Source: Bugula neritina (lineage: Eukaryota; Animalia; Bryozoa). Taken from it: a stretch of DNA of 64,000 bases. The DNA is taken from assembly GCA_964035545.1 (NCBI GenBank), contig OZ037770.1:8004973-8068972 (forward strand), written 5' to 3'. This document shows positions 1 to 13,728 of the stretch, piece by piece (position 1 is the first letter of the stretch; each line of letters starts with the position of its first letter). The notes under the pieces were generated by a model. It saw nothing but the letters and a program-made list of their open reading frames with translations. It was not told the DNA's origin and did not search any database. Made by a program: the position numbers and the translations under genes.

Positions 1-99
1 GCAAGTATAATATCGATCCGCACCAAATAATTCGTCCATGCTTTGAAAACACAAAATGAAAAATAAAGCTTCGAGTCAAATTGATTATTAAACACAGTG

Positions 100-530
100 A
101 CTGGTACTAGTAATTCTGCTGGACCGAGACTATGTAAACAGGTACTATTAGTACTATTACTACTAATAGTATTACTACTATTTATGTTTAAATTTCTTTT
201 TCACAAATTTTTCATCATCATCATGAGACTCAGACTCAGACTGGGTCATAAAATATAAATATTAAAATAGACATGCTGATAGTGATACTCATAGTGATAG
301 TAGTACTAGTAATACACATAGTGATATACTAGTAAAAAATAGTAATACTACTACTACTGCTGAGTAGTAATAGTAGTACTAGTAGTAGTACTACCGATAA
401 CTACGTCTACTGGCAGTAGACGTAGTACTACTAGACTTGTACTTGTAGTACTAGTACTCAGTAGTAGTAGTACTGCTACTACTAGTACTCTGTACTGTAC
501 TAGTACTATTAGTAGTATTAGTAATAGTAG
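100..530. repeat. Low-complexity AGT/ACT-rich microsatellite region
   Basis: Degenerate (AGT)n/(ACT)n runs; explains the spurious ORF 354..641. Confidence 0.8.
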
Positions 531-667
531 TCGACTGGTCCGGTTATAAAATGCCATTGTCATTGTGATTGGCATTACATCAATGATTATGATTACATCA
601 TACATGATATGCCGTGATAATTGCTGAAAACATAAACTCACATAGACACCAATAGAAACTGTAAGTA

Positions 668-3296
668 TGTTATATCGTGATTTATAAACATGTGTAGTTA
701 TCTTCTCTTGTTATTAAGTGTGTGTAGAGTGTACAACTCTAAGATATTAGATATAGCGTGGGTGTGGCTTGTGTGAGCATTGTAGCTATATAACCTAGTG
801 TAAATGGTAGAATGGGGAGACTTTAGATTGGTTGAAGAACGATTGAGGATATTTATGTAGAATGTATGCGACCCAATTAGAATGTGTTAGAGTACGTTTG
901 TGAGTGCTAGCCCAAGACCATAGACTGAGGAGCACCACCAGCCAACTACTCTAACCCAGAGTCTCAACTTCACCCCTACCGGACGGACAGGAGCTGGAGT
1001 TACCTCACAGCCAAGCCATTAACCCGAAACTGTACACCGACCTCAAGTTCATCTCAAGGCTACGATATATATATATTATTCGATGAGTTTACGATACTCA
1101 AAATTAGTAAAACCCACCAGCCTGATCCCTATATAGAGATATACTCGCCCTAGTAAATACAACAAATACACATTATCTACGTGGTCCTCTAAGTCCTAAT
1201 TACATATATATTGATATACGCTGGTCCCACGATACTTCAATTTTGGTCGCAGCCTTTTCCCAAGCCATATGACGTGCTTGATATGCCTTTAATTGCCATT
1301 AGTGTAGAATACAAGCTGATAAATGTAGGTACTCACAGCAGATTCAAGATAGTTGGTATATAGAATAAATTATGTTAATCCTAGGCGATTTTATATTAAT
1401 AAGAGGGGCTCCTTAAAATTAGATTTATGGTCATGCATTCAGATGGTCATTAAATCAAAATGATTTATCTGGCAACTTCTGTCAGATTAAAAGGTTACTA
1501 GATTTAACTTGAAAGTAGGCCTAGACTTAAATTGCAGGTGTCTCATATTATTCATTAATCCAGAATAATAGTAATTAATGCTTTCTTTAAAGATAGGGCT
1601 ACACAGCCTCAACCCATTTACAAATGACTATATATAGTTACAAATTACGTAGTTTGAGAAAACCCTGCATACTTTCTGATTTTAAGATTTAATTTATAAT
1701 GTTTAGCTAAATATGGAATTTAAATTTAAGTCTTTCTAACTCATTTAACTTTTACAGCATATAAGATTTTCTCAGAACACATATGTTCTGTGCTTTTCCT
1801 AATAACATATAATGCTGTGCAACTATTTAATTCAGTTAAGTTTGTCAAAGATGGATCACTCTAGTGTACAGTTGAAATTTCAACAAGAAAACCTTCAACA
1901 TTTCGAAGTTGCTTATATGGCTTTTATGTATTCATTTTCTATAATAGATTATTAATTGACAGTAACGCTGCCTGTTCACCCGCATTTCAAAGTACAGTAT
2001 GCCAAAAGCAAATAGCTCCAAAAAAATATATATATATGTAAAAATAAGAAAAATGAAAATTTTTTTTATTTAGGTTCAATAGCATACATATATATACGGA
2101 TAGGTAGATTACCACTAAAGTTTCAAAGACTTTTTTATCAAAAAAATAGCCCTTAAAATTAGATTATGGAAGGAAATAGCCTTTTTACTCATTGTGTTTT
2201 GTCAGGTCATAATTATAATTATGTGTAGTTTAAAGAATAGAAATTGATGCAATTACTACAAAAAAATAAAACATTGACTCACGAAGAGACTTTTCTACCT
2301 GGCTTGTTCAAGTTTCATCGTTAAGACCTTGCATGCTACATGCATTACCATATGGTTCTATTTACTGAATAAACATTTTTTAATTTTTTCAAGTGTTATA
2401 GTTATAGTAACAGAAGTACAGACTAATATTTAATATACTAATTTCTTCCAATAGAACATAAAGTAATGCACAAGGTGATTTAAAAAATATACATACATAT
2501 ATAGCATACATGCATCTACAGTATTTTATCTGATAAGTTCTACTTTATAAATGTTAACAAAGGGAAGTTTGCAACTTCCAATAGAAAAGAAGTTAAAATT
2601 TTTGCTGTGCTGTTTTTCTTGTATGTTACCTTTTCTATAACTTAATCAATAGTAGTAGTTAATCCCACAGCCCTATTAAATGGCTATGAAACTAGTAGAC
2701 ACTCACATGCAGTTATTATATAAAGATTATTATATACACATCTAATAGTGTGACCTAGTTACTGCAATCTTTATCCTTAAATCTCAATGCGCCTAGTTAA
2801 GTATTTACAGGTGGAACTGTAAATTTTATTGAGTGGGTGAATGTTATATCGTGATTTATAAACATGTGTACTTGTCTTTTCTTGTTATTGCGTGTGTGTA
2901 GAGTGTACAATTCTAAGAAATTAGATATAGCGTTGGTGTGGCTTGTGTAAGTGTTGTAGCTATATAACCTAGTGTAAATGGTAGAATGGGGAGACTTTAG
3001 ACTGGTTGAAGAACGATTTAGGATATTTATATAGAATGTATGCGACCCAATTAGAATGTGTTAGAGTACGTTTGTGAGTGCTAGCCCGGGACCATAGACT
3101 GAGGAGCACCACCAGCCAACTACTCTAACCCAGAGTCTCAACTTCACCCCTACCGGACAGACAGGCGCTGGAGTTACCTCGCAGCCAAACCATTAACTCG
3201 TAACTGTACACCGACCCCAAGCTCACTCCAAGGCTATGATATACATATTATTCGATGAGTTTACGATACTCAAAATTAGTAAAACCCACCATGACA
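668..3296. mobile_element. Non-autonomous LTR-like element: two ~455-bp direct repeats (668-1119, 2842-3296) around a ~1.7-kb non-coding interior
   Basis: Repeats start TGTTAT and the right one ends ATGACA (TG..CA). AGTA lies immediately outside both ends (664-667, 3297-3300), like a 4-bp TSD. Purine-rich GAGTGGGTGAA precedes the right repeat. The left repeat lacks its last ~5 bp; no clear PBS. Confidence 0.6.
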
Positions 3297-3439
3297 AGTA
3301 TCTGTATCTGTATGAAGTAGATCTTGCAGCGGATCTCGTAGGACCATCGTGCAAGCCTCAGAGATCAACTATACTATAATGGCAATCAGCAAATTATATA
3401 TACTTTTTAATGTATTAAGCAAAATAAAATGTATTGATG

Positions 3440-5520
3440 TAGAGATCTATTAGTATTAGAAGAAAGCAATGGTAGGGACGCGCAATGGCAACAAAAGTGA
3501 GCAGTCTGCTCAACACTGACTTCAAGTCTAATGTCCCTGATTGTTCTGGGGAGGAAGCTATGATAAAATGGGCCAGGATTTGAAAAGAGTGTTGTTACCA
3601 ATCCCTGTGACTGAAAACGCGTGGTTACATTAGTATTTACAGGATTTGTGTTCTCTTCCAAGAATTTAGTGAAAATCTCTGTCGGGCTACCAACCATTTT
3701 CTTGTAGATATTCTCTCTCTCTCTCTCTCTCTCTACAGCGAACTTCCAGAGTGCTGAGGCCTAATTTTTCTCGAGCCTCTGACACACTGTCAGTACGGCC
3801 TTTTAAGTTTCCCTATAAATCGGATAGCCAGATTTTGAACTCCCTCAATTTTATTTATAAGTTTTCGTGTATAAAGGTCAAATACCTGGCATCCATACTC
3901 AAGTATGGGGCGGCATAGAGAAGTGAAAGCAAGTAATTTTGTTTTACGCGGCGAGTTTGATAGTGTTCGCCTTATCAACCCCAGGATCTGAGAAGCCTTT
4001 TTAACTTTTTGCTCTATATGTTTGTCGAACTTTAGATTATTTTGTATAATGATGCCTAGATATTTGGCCTCTTCAACCTCACTAACTTTTTCTCCTGCGA
4101 GAGTGTAGGTACCATTAGAATTTGGTCTTTTATAGAAGATCATTAGTTAGGTCTTTTTAATATTGAAACCCATGCTCCATTTTATAGACCATTCATATAT
4201 GCTGTTTATGTCCTTTTGAAAACTTTCAGAGTCACTTGAGTGAATTACAGACTTAAAAATGATGGTATCATCTGTAAATAAACTAACATTACAGGAGAAG
4301 CAGTCAGGCATATCGTTAATATACAATAAAAAGAGTTTGTGGCCAATGAACAATCCTTGGGGTACACCAGAGGTAACCAACACTTCTTCGCTAAAGCAGT
4401 TTTGCAGAACAACTCTTTGAGTTCTATTGGTAAGAAAGTCTTTGAGCCAAGATATGATATAGGGTGAGATGCTGTTGTTAATCATTTTATCAATGAGTAG
4501 ATGATGAGGGACAACATCAAATGCCTTACAAAAGTCAATGAATAAAGCATGGACAGAGTTTTTAGAATCAACCATTTTAGCAATTTCGTGGCAAGTCAGC
4601 ATCAGCTGAGTCTCACACGATGAGCCAGCCCTGAAACCATGCTGACATGATGATAAAATGTCGTTCAGCTCATGATTCAGGGCATGTAACAGTATGTGTT
4701 CAGCTATTTTGCATAGTATGCTTGTCAGGGATATGGGTCTGTAATTTGTTACGCTGCTTTTATTACCAGATTTGATAACCAGAGTGACATTTGCGGATTT
4801 CCAGCCAACAGGAACAGTACCAGATTGAATGGAAAAGTTAATTATTTTTGAAAGACATTGACCAAATAATTCTGGGTCAAGCTTTAATAGCGTGTCATTC
4901 ATCCCGTCAGGTCCAGCTGCTTTTCATTTTTTAAGATTAAGTATTAGATTGGCTATGCCATGACTATGAACCTTTAGGTTTTTAGGCAAAGAGAGTTTGT
5001 CATTGGCATTATTTATACAACCAAAGGACTCAGGTAAAAGAACGTGAGCTTTAGTGAATTGTGCCTGGAAAAAGGAATTTAAAAGATTGGCAATTATAAC
5101 TGGATCTTCAATTAGGTTATCGTTTTCAAGCAACCTTAACAACTCATTTTTGTTGGATGATAATGACTTTATATACGAGAAGAAGGGCTTTGAGTTTCCC
5201 TTTTCCAAAGGCTCATTTATTGTCAGAGATATGTATGTCGTTTTAGCCAGCTTACAAGATCGTTGGTAGAGCTGTTGATCTGTCTTGTATTTTTTCAGTA
5301 GGTGTGGGCCTTGGGAAGACATATCTTTTATAAAGATTCTTTAAGGCCCTACATTTACGTTCTAATGCATGTGTATACCATATTGATCCCCTTTTAGGCA
5401 CAATGACTTTTTTAGAGATTTCGGTATTTATCAAATCATGTATCTGTTTCACAAAAAATCCCAAACTGGGTCTATAGTGGAACTCTTATTAATTATATCA
5501 TTCAGTCTATCACAAATAGT
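3440..5520 (-). mobile_element. 5'-truncated, frameshifted non-LTR retrotransposon (LINE, CR1/Jockey-group-like RT)
   Basis: Fragmented ORFs 5464-3407 carry RT motifs NYRPISLTS, QHGFR, DFxKAFD, GVPQG, FTDD, KYLG and C-terminal SFLPRTIRD; several stops and frameshifts. Confidence 0.9.
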
Positions 5521-6299
5521 TTTAAGTTTGTTGGTATATATAGTATAGTAAAAGTATATAGCTATCAGGCTGAATCTAGTACAGCAGACAGCAGTAGAGT
5601 AGTAGTACTAATAATAATAGTAATAGTAATACTAATAATAATAGTAATAGTAATACTATTAAGATTAATGAATATGATTATCATATTCATTGTATGTTTG
5701 CACTTGTTTTCTCAATAATCATAATGATACTGAGTTTTATGACAGTACACAAGTAACACGAACTGTTACTGTTAGGAATAAAACTTATGAAGAAAAACAA
5801 CTCTTTCAAAGAGTTTACAGTAAAAAAAATGGCACTGCTGGCACCTTATTAACCTTCTTTATTTTAATTTCTGTAGTCAAACCTCAAATTTTTACCACAA
5901 TTTTATAGTTTCGTTGGACTTAGCACACATTAAAACGCTTCTCACTAATAAAACGATGTACCTTTAATGGTTTTTAGGCTTTTGAGTTATTGCTAATTTT
6001 TTTTGTTTTAGATTCAACCTATTTGTGCCTATATACCCCTTAAAAATTGACAAAACGTTCTGGATTTTCCTATACTATTGTCGTATACTAAGCAGTTACT
6101 GTTCTTAAGTAACTAAGCAGTTACATTTATTGTCATGTACTAATCAATTATTGTTGTACAGCCAATTATATATTTCATTTAACCTTTATTTTATTTAGGT
6201 GCCTAACAGATATGATTATATCACGTAGTGTATAGTATATTATCCTAGGCTTTAGTATTTAGCAAATAATTCAATAAATAGTGGTGTGTGTAAAGTAGT

Positions 6300-6615
6300 A
6301 AAAAGCATTGTCTTAACTTCGTTTGGTTAACTCTCCTTCAATTCAGATGTTAACAACATTAATTGCAACCTCTGCATCTTCAGGTGGCCTAGTTAACATA
6401 TTTTCAGTTTGTATGACATGAAAAGGTTTTGAGCGACACTCCCATGCCCAGTGTCCTCTTTTGTTACAGTTGTAACAGGTAAATTTATAACTGTCTTTCT
6501 TTTGACCATCTGCTCCTGGAGCAGAGGTCCGGCTGCTTTGTGTGTTCCTGTATGTATTAAAATTTTGTCCTGCCCAGTTGTGGTATCCTGTTTGCAGAGA
6601 GGCGAGGATCGTTCT
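6300..6615 (-). pseudogene. Decayed gag (CCHC zinc knuckle)/protease-start relic of an LTR retrotransposon
   Basis: Minus-strand reading ...DSYKFTCYNCNKRGHWAWECRSKPF... gives a CX2CX4HX4C motif at 6477-6436, followed by AINVVNI*IEGELTK resembling the start of a retropepsin; stops present. Not in the ORF track. Confidence 0.7.
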
Positions 6616-7008
6616 CTATTAGAAAGAGTTTAACTTTCCACCAACTCATTTGATGTAAATGTCCAATGAGGTGTCATAGATCTTACCCAGTAGCGGACTT
6701 CATTTTGTAAGATTTCAAAATGTGTTATAAATTGTCATTTTAAACAATAATACCGGAGGTTAGGTAGTATTGAGTTGGTATCATTGCAAATAGCATAAAA
6801 TTCACATTCTCACTTCTACCTTCTTTTGAAGATATCAAGCATTCAGCCATACCAAAGAGGAGCGATATGAAACTAGCAACACTCAGTTAAAGTTTGTTAA
6901 CTGGTCCTGAATATTATTATTATTTAAATTCGTCTTCAAGCTTCTCCCAACTTCTACAATAAAGCTGCCGTTACCATTTTCATAACTTATTGCCACGAAG
7001 CAACTGTG

Positions 7009-10000
7009 ATGACGTTTGTTGCCAAAGCCAAATGGGGGCTCCTTTTTGTTGTATGGTAAGACTAACTACCTAATCACCAAATTTTGTCGGTATTGCTATT
7101 GATATACATAAGTTAATGTTGAAGTCCTAAAGCTAAAAAGACCTATTACTTTAAAACAGAATTTTCCTGTTTGCTCATAAACAGCTCCGGAACTTTGACT
7201 AACATACAGTGTTTTTTATTAGCCTAGTGTTTTAAAGATAAATTGCATAGTGCATTGGGTCAGGATAAAAAACTTCCCATATTAAAGCATCTGCTCATCC
7301 ATCAATATGTAGGGCTGTAGGCGGTTGTAAAATTGTATTCAATTGGTCATCTTCCAAAATTGAATGCTGTGAATTATTTTAATGCAACAAAGTCACATTC
7401 GTAATACTTTATTATTTTTAATCCGATATTATTTTTTGTTATTGTGGCATGTGCATGTTGCAGAGTAAGTACATACATTAGTTTAGTTCTGATCAAACAT
7501 TAAAAGTTCAAATAGTAAGCAATAAGATAGTGAATAGAATAAGGATATTACTTTCCTTTCCTCAGCACAATGATGTATGGCTGTTATGGACCTCTGCTAT
7601 TACTTAGTCAAGTGGATGGTAGACTTCAATACGATCCCTCACAAGTAGTCTGGCTTACAGAGTTAGTTAAGGTAGGTGCTTCTGTTTTCCTGTTTCTTCT
7701 CAAGAAATAGCAACTTATTGGCAAGTAAGGGTTACTGTAATATCCATACAATGTGATCAGTTGTGTGTAGAGAGTATAATAGTCTAGACTCTAGAGGGTC
7801 TTGTAGTTAATGTCATTCATACAGTGTCCTGTTTCTTGCTTCCTTCGTACAAGTAAAATACTAAATATGAACGACTAGTTAGACTGTAACTTGCTGTTTT
7901 ATTCTATTCAAGTTGTGACAGTAGGTTGTAGTTGTGTTCATCTTATAACTCCAGCACATGTAGAGCTTACATCTTGACTGAAAATTCGTGTTTATGATTT
8001 GCCTTTGAGGTGTAATGGTTAGAGTACCGGCATACTAAGTTTGTACACCGGTTGTCAAATTAGAACAAAAACAAGCAGTCATAATTTCTCCTAAGTAAGT
8101 CCTTAGCCCACTTTAAAAAAGCCCTTTTCATCAGGGTTTCCCACAGGGATAGTGACTATAAATCTTGGTCAGTTTTTTAGGGGCAAGCACTGACTTTAGC
8201 AGTGGAAACGTTAAAACCTACCTTCTTCCAGGTAAAACCACAACTTGAGTCATGAGCAAGTGCCACACTGTAATTAAAGTAGTAATTAATATAATATGGT
8301 GAAGATTAATTGCATTTGACACTAGCACTGCTATACTTATCCTATTTTATCAACCAATAGTGTCTGTGATCATTGGGGCACATGTGAATTATAAAACCTA
8401 GTTTTACATCTTTTATAGCTGATAGTGTCCATCACCCTCCTGAGTAACCAGTCCATACTCAAACGGTTCTCATTCAGGGAAGCTCTACCTTACTTTGTAC
8501 CTGCCTTGTGCTATTTTGTTAACGCCAACATTTGTCCCCGTCTCATGGATCACCTTGACCCTGCCACCTTCTCGGTGAGTTGTCAGCCTCTCGTTACAAC
8601 CCCTAACCTTCACAATGTTGGTAAATCTACTAGGTGCAGCTTAGGTATGCACCAGGGCCTAGGTGAAGCATGAACACACCAGGTTAAACATAGATATACT
8701 AGGTTAAACATAAATATACTAGGTTAAACATAGATATACTAGGTTAAACATAAATATACTTATAGGTAATAAACATAGATATACTAGGTGAAACATAGAT
8801 ATACTAGGTGAAACATAGATATACTAGGTTAAACATAGATATACCAGGTTAAACATAGATATACCAGGTTAAACATAGATATACCAGGTTAAACATAGAT
8901 ATACTAGGTTAAACATAGATATACTAGGTTAAACATAGATATACTAGGTTAAACATAGATATACTAGGTTAAACATAGATATACTAGGTTAAACATAGAT
9001 ATACCAGGTGAAACATAGATATATTAGGTTAAACATAGATATACTAGGTTAAACATAGATATACTAGGTTAAACATAGATATATTAGGTTAAACATAGAT
9101 ATACTAGGTTAACCATAGATATACTTATAGGTTAAACATAGATATACTAGGTTAACCATAGATTTACTAGGTTAAACATTAAACACTGGGTGAAAAGCAG
9201 CTCTACTAGATGAAGCATTAATACAATCATTGAATTTTAAATTACATACACCCTGTGTATTCCAACATCTTCTCCTATTAACATTATGTAATTTTTTATT
9301 ATTACAGGCACTATCTAACATCAAAGTTGTCATTACCACCTTACTTTACATAATCATCATGAAAAGGTAACTCCAAAATATATTGTGTTGCAAATAAAAT
9401 CTGCCCTAAATGCTGCTAAACAATCCCTGACACAATTCACTTGTGCAGTTGTAAAATATTCTTATATATGTTAGTCTTCATCTACAGACTGTTTTAGGGT
9501 TGTATGCCTAAACAATTTTGTTTTATAATAAATTTCGTGTACCTATTATGAGCTGAGGTGACTTGTGCTTTTTGATTGGCTTTACTAGTACTAAAAACTT
9601 ATACTAATTAGAGCTAACTTTCATTGCATGCTATTTTTAGCTGCTGCAATGTACAGCCTAATTACTGAACTGGCTTGAAAGTTTAAACTTCGAACTTGAA
9701 AGCCATCAAAAATCCCAAATCAATTCAGCAAATATGCACACAAAATTAAATCTTACAACAGTATGTAGATGGCAGCGAATATATATAAGAATATTTCAAT
9801 ACTGCGCAAGTGTAGTTTGTCCGGGATTCTTTAAAGGTGTATTCACTCTATTGTATTAGATTTCTGGTAATATTTTCAGTGACTTTCCGAAAAGCTGGGC
9901 TGGAAAATGTTTTTTTTTGTCATTTATATTTTAGATATCCAAATAGCTTGCAGATAACAGCTTTAGCTATACTTACAGCTGCCAGCGCTATACACAGGTA

Positions 10001-11903
10001 AGCTACTATTGGCTGATGGTTTCGTAGATTTGTTACTATTGGTTAGTTTATAATTTCACACCTCAAAATACAAGGTTTTGCTAACAATGGAAACCCCACA
10101 GCTGCTAGATATAGATTCTTGTAGAGAATGGCAATAACTAGTCCATAACTTGTGCATCACATGTATGTAGTTTTAGAACTCTTTTGTGGCTTATGTGTAT
10201 GTGTATAGAGACAAAAATGGTGGCATTTAATGGATCCATGAGTTAAATTTAGTATTCTAATATTTCACGCATCACGGTTTTGGGATCTACAGCTTTGTGA
10301 GATATGGAGAGAGCACTGTATAGCTTAGTGAGATATGGAGGGAGCACTGTATAGCTTAGTGAGATATAGAGGGAGTACTGTATAGCTTAGTGAGATATGG
10401 AGGGAGCACTGTATAGCTTAGTGAGATATGGAGGGAGCACTGTATAGCTTAGTGAGATATAGAGGGAGTACTGTATAGCTTAGTGAGATATGGAGGGAGC
10501 ACTGTATAGCTTAGTGAGATATGGAGGGAGCACTGTATAGCTTAGTGAGATATAGAGGGAGTACTGTATAGCTTAGTGAGATATGGAGGGAGCACTGTAT
10601 AGCTTAGTGAGATATGGAGGGAGCACTGTATAGCTTAGTGAGATATAGAGGGAGTACTGTATAGCTTAGTGAGATATGGAGGGAGCACTGTATAGCTTAG
10701 TGAGATATGGAGGGAGCACCGTATAGCTTAGTGAGATATGGAGGGAGCACTGTATAGCTTAGTGAGATATAGAGGGAGCACTGTATGGCTTAGTGAGATA
10801 TGGAGGGAGCACTGTATAGCACAGTGAGATACGGAGGGAGCACTGTATAGCTCAGTGAAATATGGAGGGAGCACTGTATAGCTTAGTGAGATATGGAGGG
10901 AGCACTGTGTAGCTTAGTGAGATATGGAGGGAGCACCGTATAGCTTAGTGAGATATGGAGGGAGCACTGTATAGCTTAGTGAGATACGGAGGGGGCACTG
11001 TATAGCTTAGTGAGATATGGAGGGGGCACTGTATAGCTTAGTGAGATATGGAGGGAGCACTGTGGAGCTTAGTGAGATACGGAGGGAGCACCGTATAGCT
11101 TAGTGAGATATGGAGGGAGCACCGTATAGCTTAGTGAGATATGGAGGGAGCACTGTATAGCTTAGTGAGATATAGAGGGAGCACTGTATGGCTTAGTGAG
11201 ATATGGAGGGAGCACTGTATAGCTTAGTGAGATATGGAGGGAGCACTGTGGAGCTTAGTGAGATACGGAGGGAGCACCGTATAGCTTAGTGAGATATGGG
11301 GGGAGCACCGTATAGCTTAGTGAGATACAGAGGGAGCACTGTGTAGTTTAGTGAGATATGGAGGGAGCACTGTATAGCTTAGTGAGATATGGAGGGAGCA
11401 CTGTATAGCTCAGTGAGATACAGAGGGAGCACTGTGTAGCTTAGTGAGATATGGAGGGAGAACTGTATAGCTTAGTGAGATATGGAGGGAGCACTGTATA
11501 GCTTAGTGAGATATGGAGAGAGCACTGTATAGCTTAGTGAGATATGGAGGGAGCACTCTAATACATGTTAGTTTTCGGATTTTAAAATATGATACTTACA
11601 TTACGTATTCGCTATTCCATATTCCACTGTTACCTACACAATTTTTTCACTGTTATCAACTCCACTGTTGCAGTTATGGACTATCAGTGACAGGAGGGAA
11701 GGCTGATGTGTCCTATCATAAAGGGGAACCAATGGAGATGAGGGCCTCAGTCTATGGGGTTGTCTTACTGTTGTGTGGTGTGTCCTTGACCAGCTTTGCC
11801 AGTGTTTATACCGAGTACATCATGAAACGAGGCTACGCAGTGGGTAGATATACTGTTACTAGTACTAGTACTACTACTGCTACTACTGCTACTACTACTA
11901 CTG

Positions 11904-11953
<50 letters not shown>

Positions 11954-11966
11954 GCTGCTGCTCCTG

Positions 11967-12004
<38 letters not shown>

Positions 12005-12014
12005 GCTACTACTG

Positions 12015-12067
<53 letters not shown>

Positions 12068-12084
12068 ACTGCTACTACTGCTGA

Positions 12085-12127
<43 letters not shown>

Positions 12128-12766
12128 GCTACTGCTGCTACTGCTGCTACTGCTGCTACTGCTGCTGCTGCTACTACTACTACTGTTACTACTGCTACTA
12201 CTGCTACTAGTACTAGTACTGCTACTGCTACTAGTACTAGTACTGCTACTAGTACTACTACTGCTACTAATACTGCTACTTTTAGTTGTCTCATTCATGT
12301 TACACCTATTTCAGGTATCTCTACACAAACAGAGCATGTACCTCTACTCTTCAGGTGTTTCATTTAACACCCTCGCAGTTCTGTGGAAGATGCAAGATGG
12401 CCGTCAATCTATAAACTCAACCAACAGTTTCTCTCTTTTCCAGGGTTTCAACATCTACTCTTGGACTATAGTATTTACCACTGTGAGTTTATTCTCTCTG
12501 ATAGTCTTTAAAGCAGTATCTGCCAGTTCATGTACTTATAAATGTGACACACATGTAATGCTGTGTTTCAGGCCCTGCAAGGATTCTGTGTATCAGTTAT
12601 AATGAAACACAGCAGCAATATAACCAAACTAGTGCTGACTTGTGTCTCCATCATGGTCAGTACTCTGATGTCGATGGCTCTGTTTGACCTTCAGATAACC
12701 TTGTACTTTGTCATCTCTCTGTCCTTCATTCTGATTGGATTGCCTCTCTATATGCTGGGATCTTAG
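7009..12766 (+). CDS. SLC35A4: Nucleotide-sugar transporter, SLC35A4-like (~319 aa, 8 coding exons)
   Basis: Exons 7009-7055, 7566-7671, 8419-8574, 9308-9366, 9935-9997, 11674-11839, 12315-12482, 12572-12766; all GT-AG, phases consistent, 960 nt. Protein segments MTFVAKAKWGLLFVVCTMMYGCYGPLLLLSQVDGRLQYDPSQVVWLTELVK, LDPATFSALSNIK, SVYTEYIMK and VIMKHSSNITKL match remembered SLC35A4 motifs (MYGAHAPLL..VDGRV, MDPSTYQVLSNLK, SVYTELLMK, VMKHGSSITRL). Confidence 0.9.
8681..9180. repeat. 20-bp minisatellite (AGGTTAAACATAGATATACT)n in SLC35A4 intron 3
   Basis: About 24 directly visible tandem units. Confidence 0.95.
10290..11557. repeat. 31-bp minisatellite (AGCACTGTATAGCTTAGTGAGATATGGAGGG)n in SLC35A4 intron 5
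   Basis: About 40 highly similar tandem units. Confidence 0.95.
11853..12280. repeat. (ACT/GCT)n trinucleotide microsatellite filling SLC35A4 intron 6
   Basis: Directly visible; source of the poly-T/S/V ORFs. Confidence 0.95.
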
Positions 12767-13728
12767 GATGTTGGCAAGGTGCTTGTCAGGTACTTTTCAA
12801 GTGCTTGTCACATGTTCAACAGTTACTCTCTGCGGTGTCTGCCACTATATGATGTAATACAGCCGGCTTGGTGTGAGGCTATGAATAGATTGTCGGGAGT
12901 CTAATCACACGTCTAGGAAAATTTACTCTACCAACTTACATGCACTTACAGCTCCTAAGACTTGGAGAAATGTTTTTGAAAGTTTTTTTTTGTATAAATA
13001 TTATAACAAATGTGACGAGTTCTTTTTATACATTTTTCTGTCTTCCATTCTGTTTATATTAGACACTCAGCACTAATTTGCTTCTTTAGTGCTGTACAAC
13101 TTTTATACACAATTACTTTGGAAACTTGTTTTATGTTTTGGTGCTAACAAACCAGCTTTTTAGCTGTCAGTTTCCATGTGTAATTAAAAAAAGTTTTATT
13201 TGTTGTCCTGTATATTGTGCGTTTATTTATAGAATAATTGTTGAATTTGAATAAACAATGAAATGCTGTACTGTAAAGTATGATTTAGCTAAGACTATGT
13301 AAGTCCCACAACCGATAGTGTCATATTGGTTGCTTCTACGAGCTGTTATATAAAAAATTTCGTACAATGCATATTTTTGCTGGCCATCAAATTATATCTA
13401 CTGCTGGTACTCAACTTTGTATGTTGGAGTTATCTCTAATAGCTACTCTGAAACAAGCTGCCATTACAATATTCGCTATAGCATCAGCACTACTGTTAGT
13501 AAGACAAACAGATGCTCCAACATGTGTACCAACATGCTTAACAGAGTCAACAGATGTGATTGGTTGAATATACGGAGTTGCATACAGTTTTATTCGCCCT
13601 TTTTAATACTTGCAGGACTACAGCATTACTATTGCTGTTGTATTTGGGAGTTACCTTGTCACAGTTATGACCCTGCTTTACGTTGCTTTGTTTGAATGCT
13701 ACTCATTAATAAAAAATTTCCCCTAGGT

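Noticed and set aside
10290-11557. CRISPR-like regular 31-bp repeats
   Set aside because: No unique spacers, head-to-tail units, eukaryotic intron, no cas genes.
11513-12367. 284-aa ORF with poly-Thr (mucin-like) and antisense poly-Ser/poly-Val ORFs
   Set aside because: Only 11674-11839 is a real SLC35A4 exon; the rest is intronic (ACT)n that lacks stops by chance.
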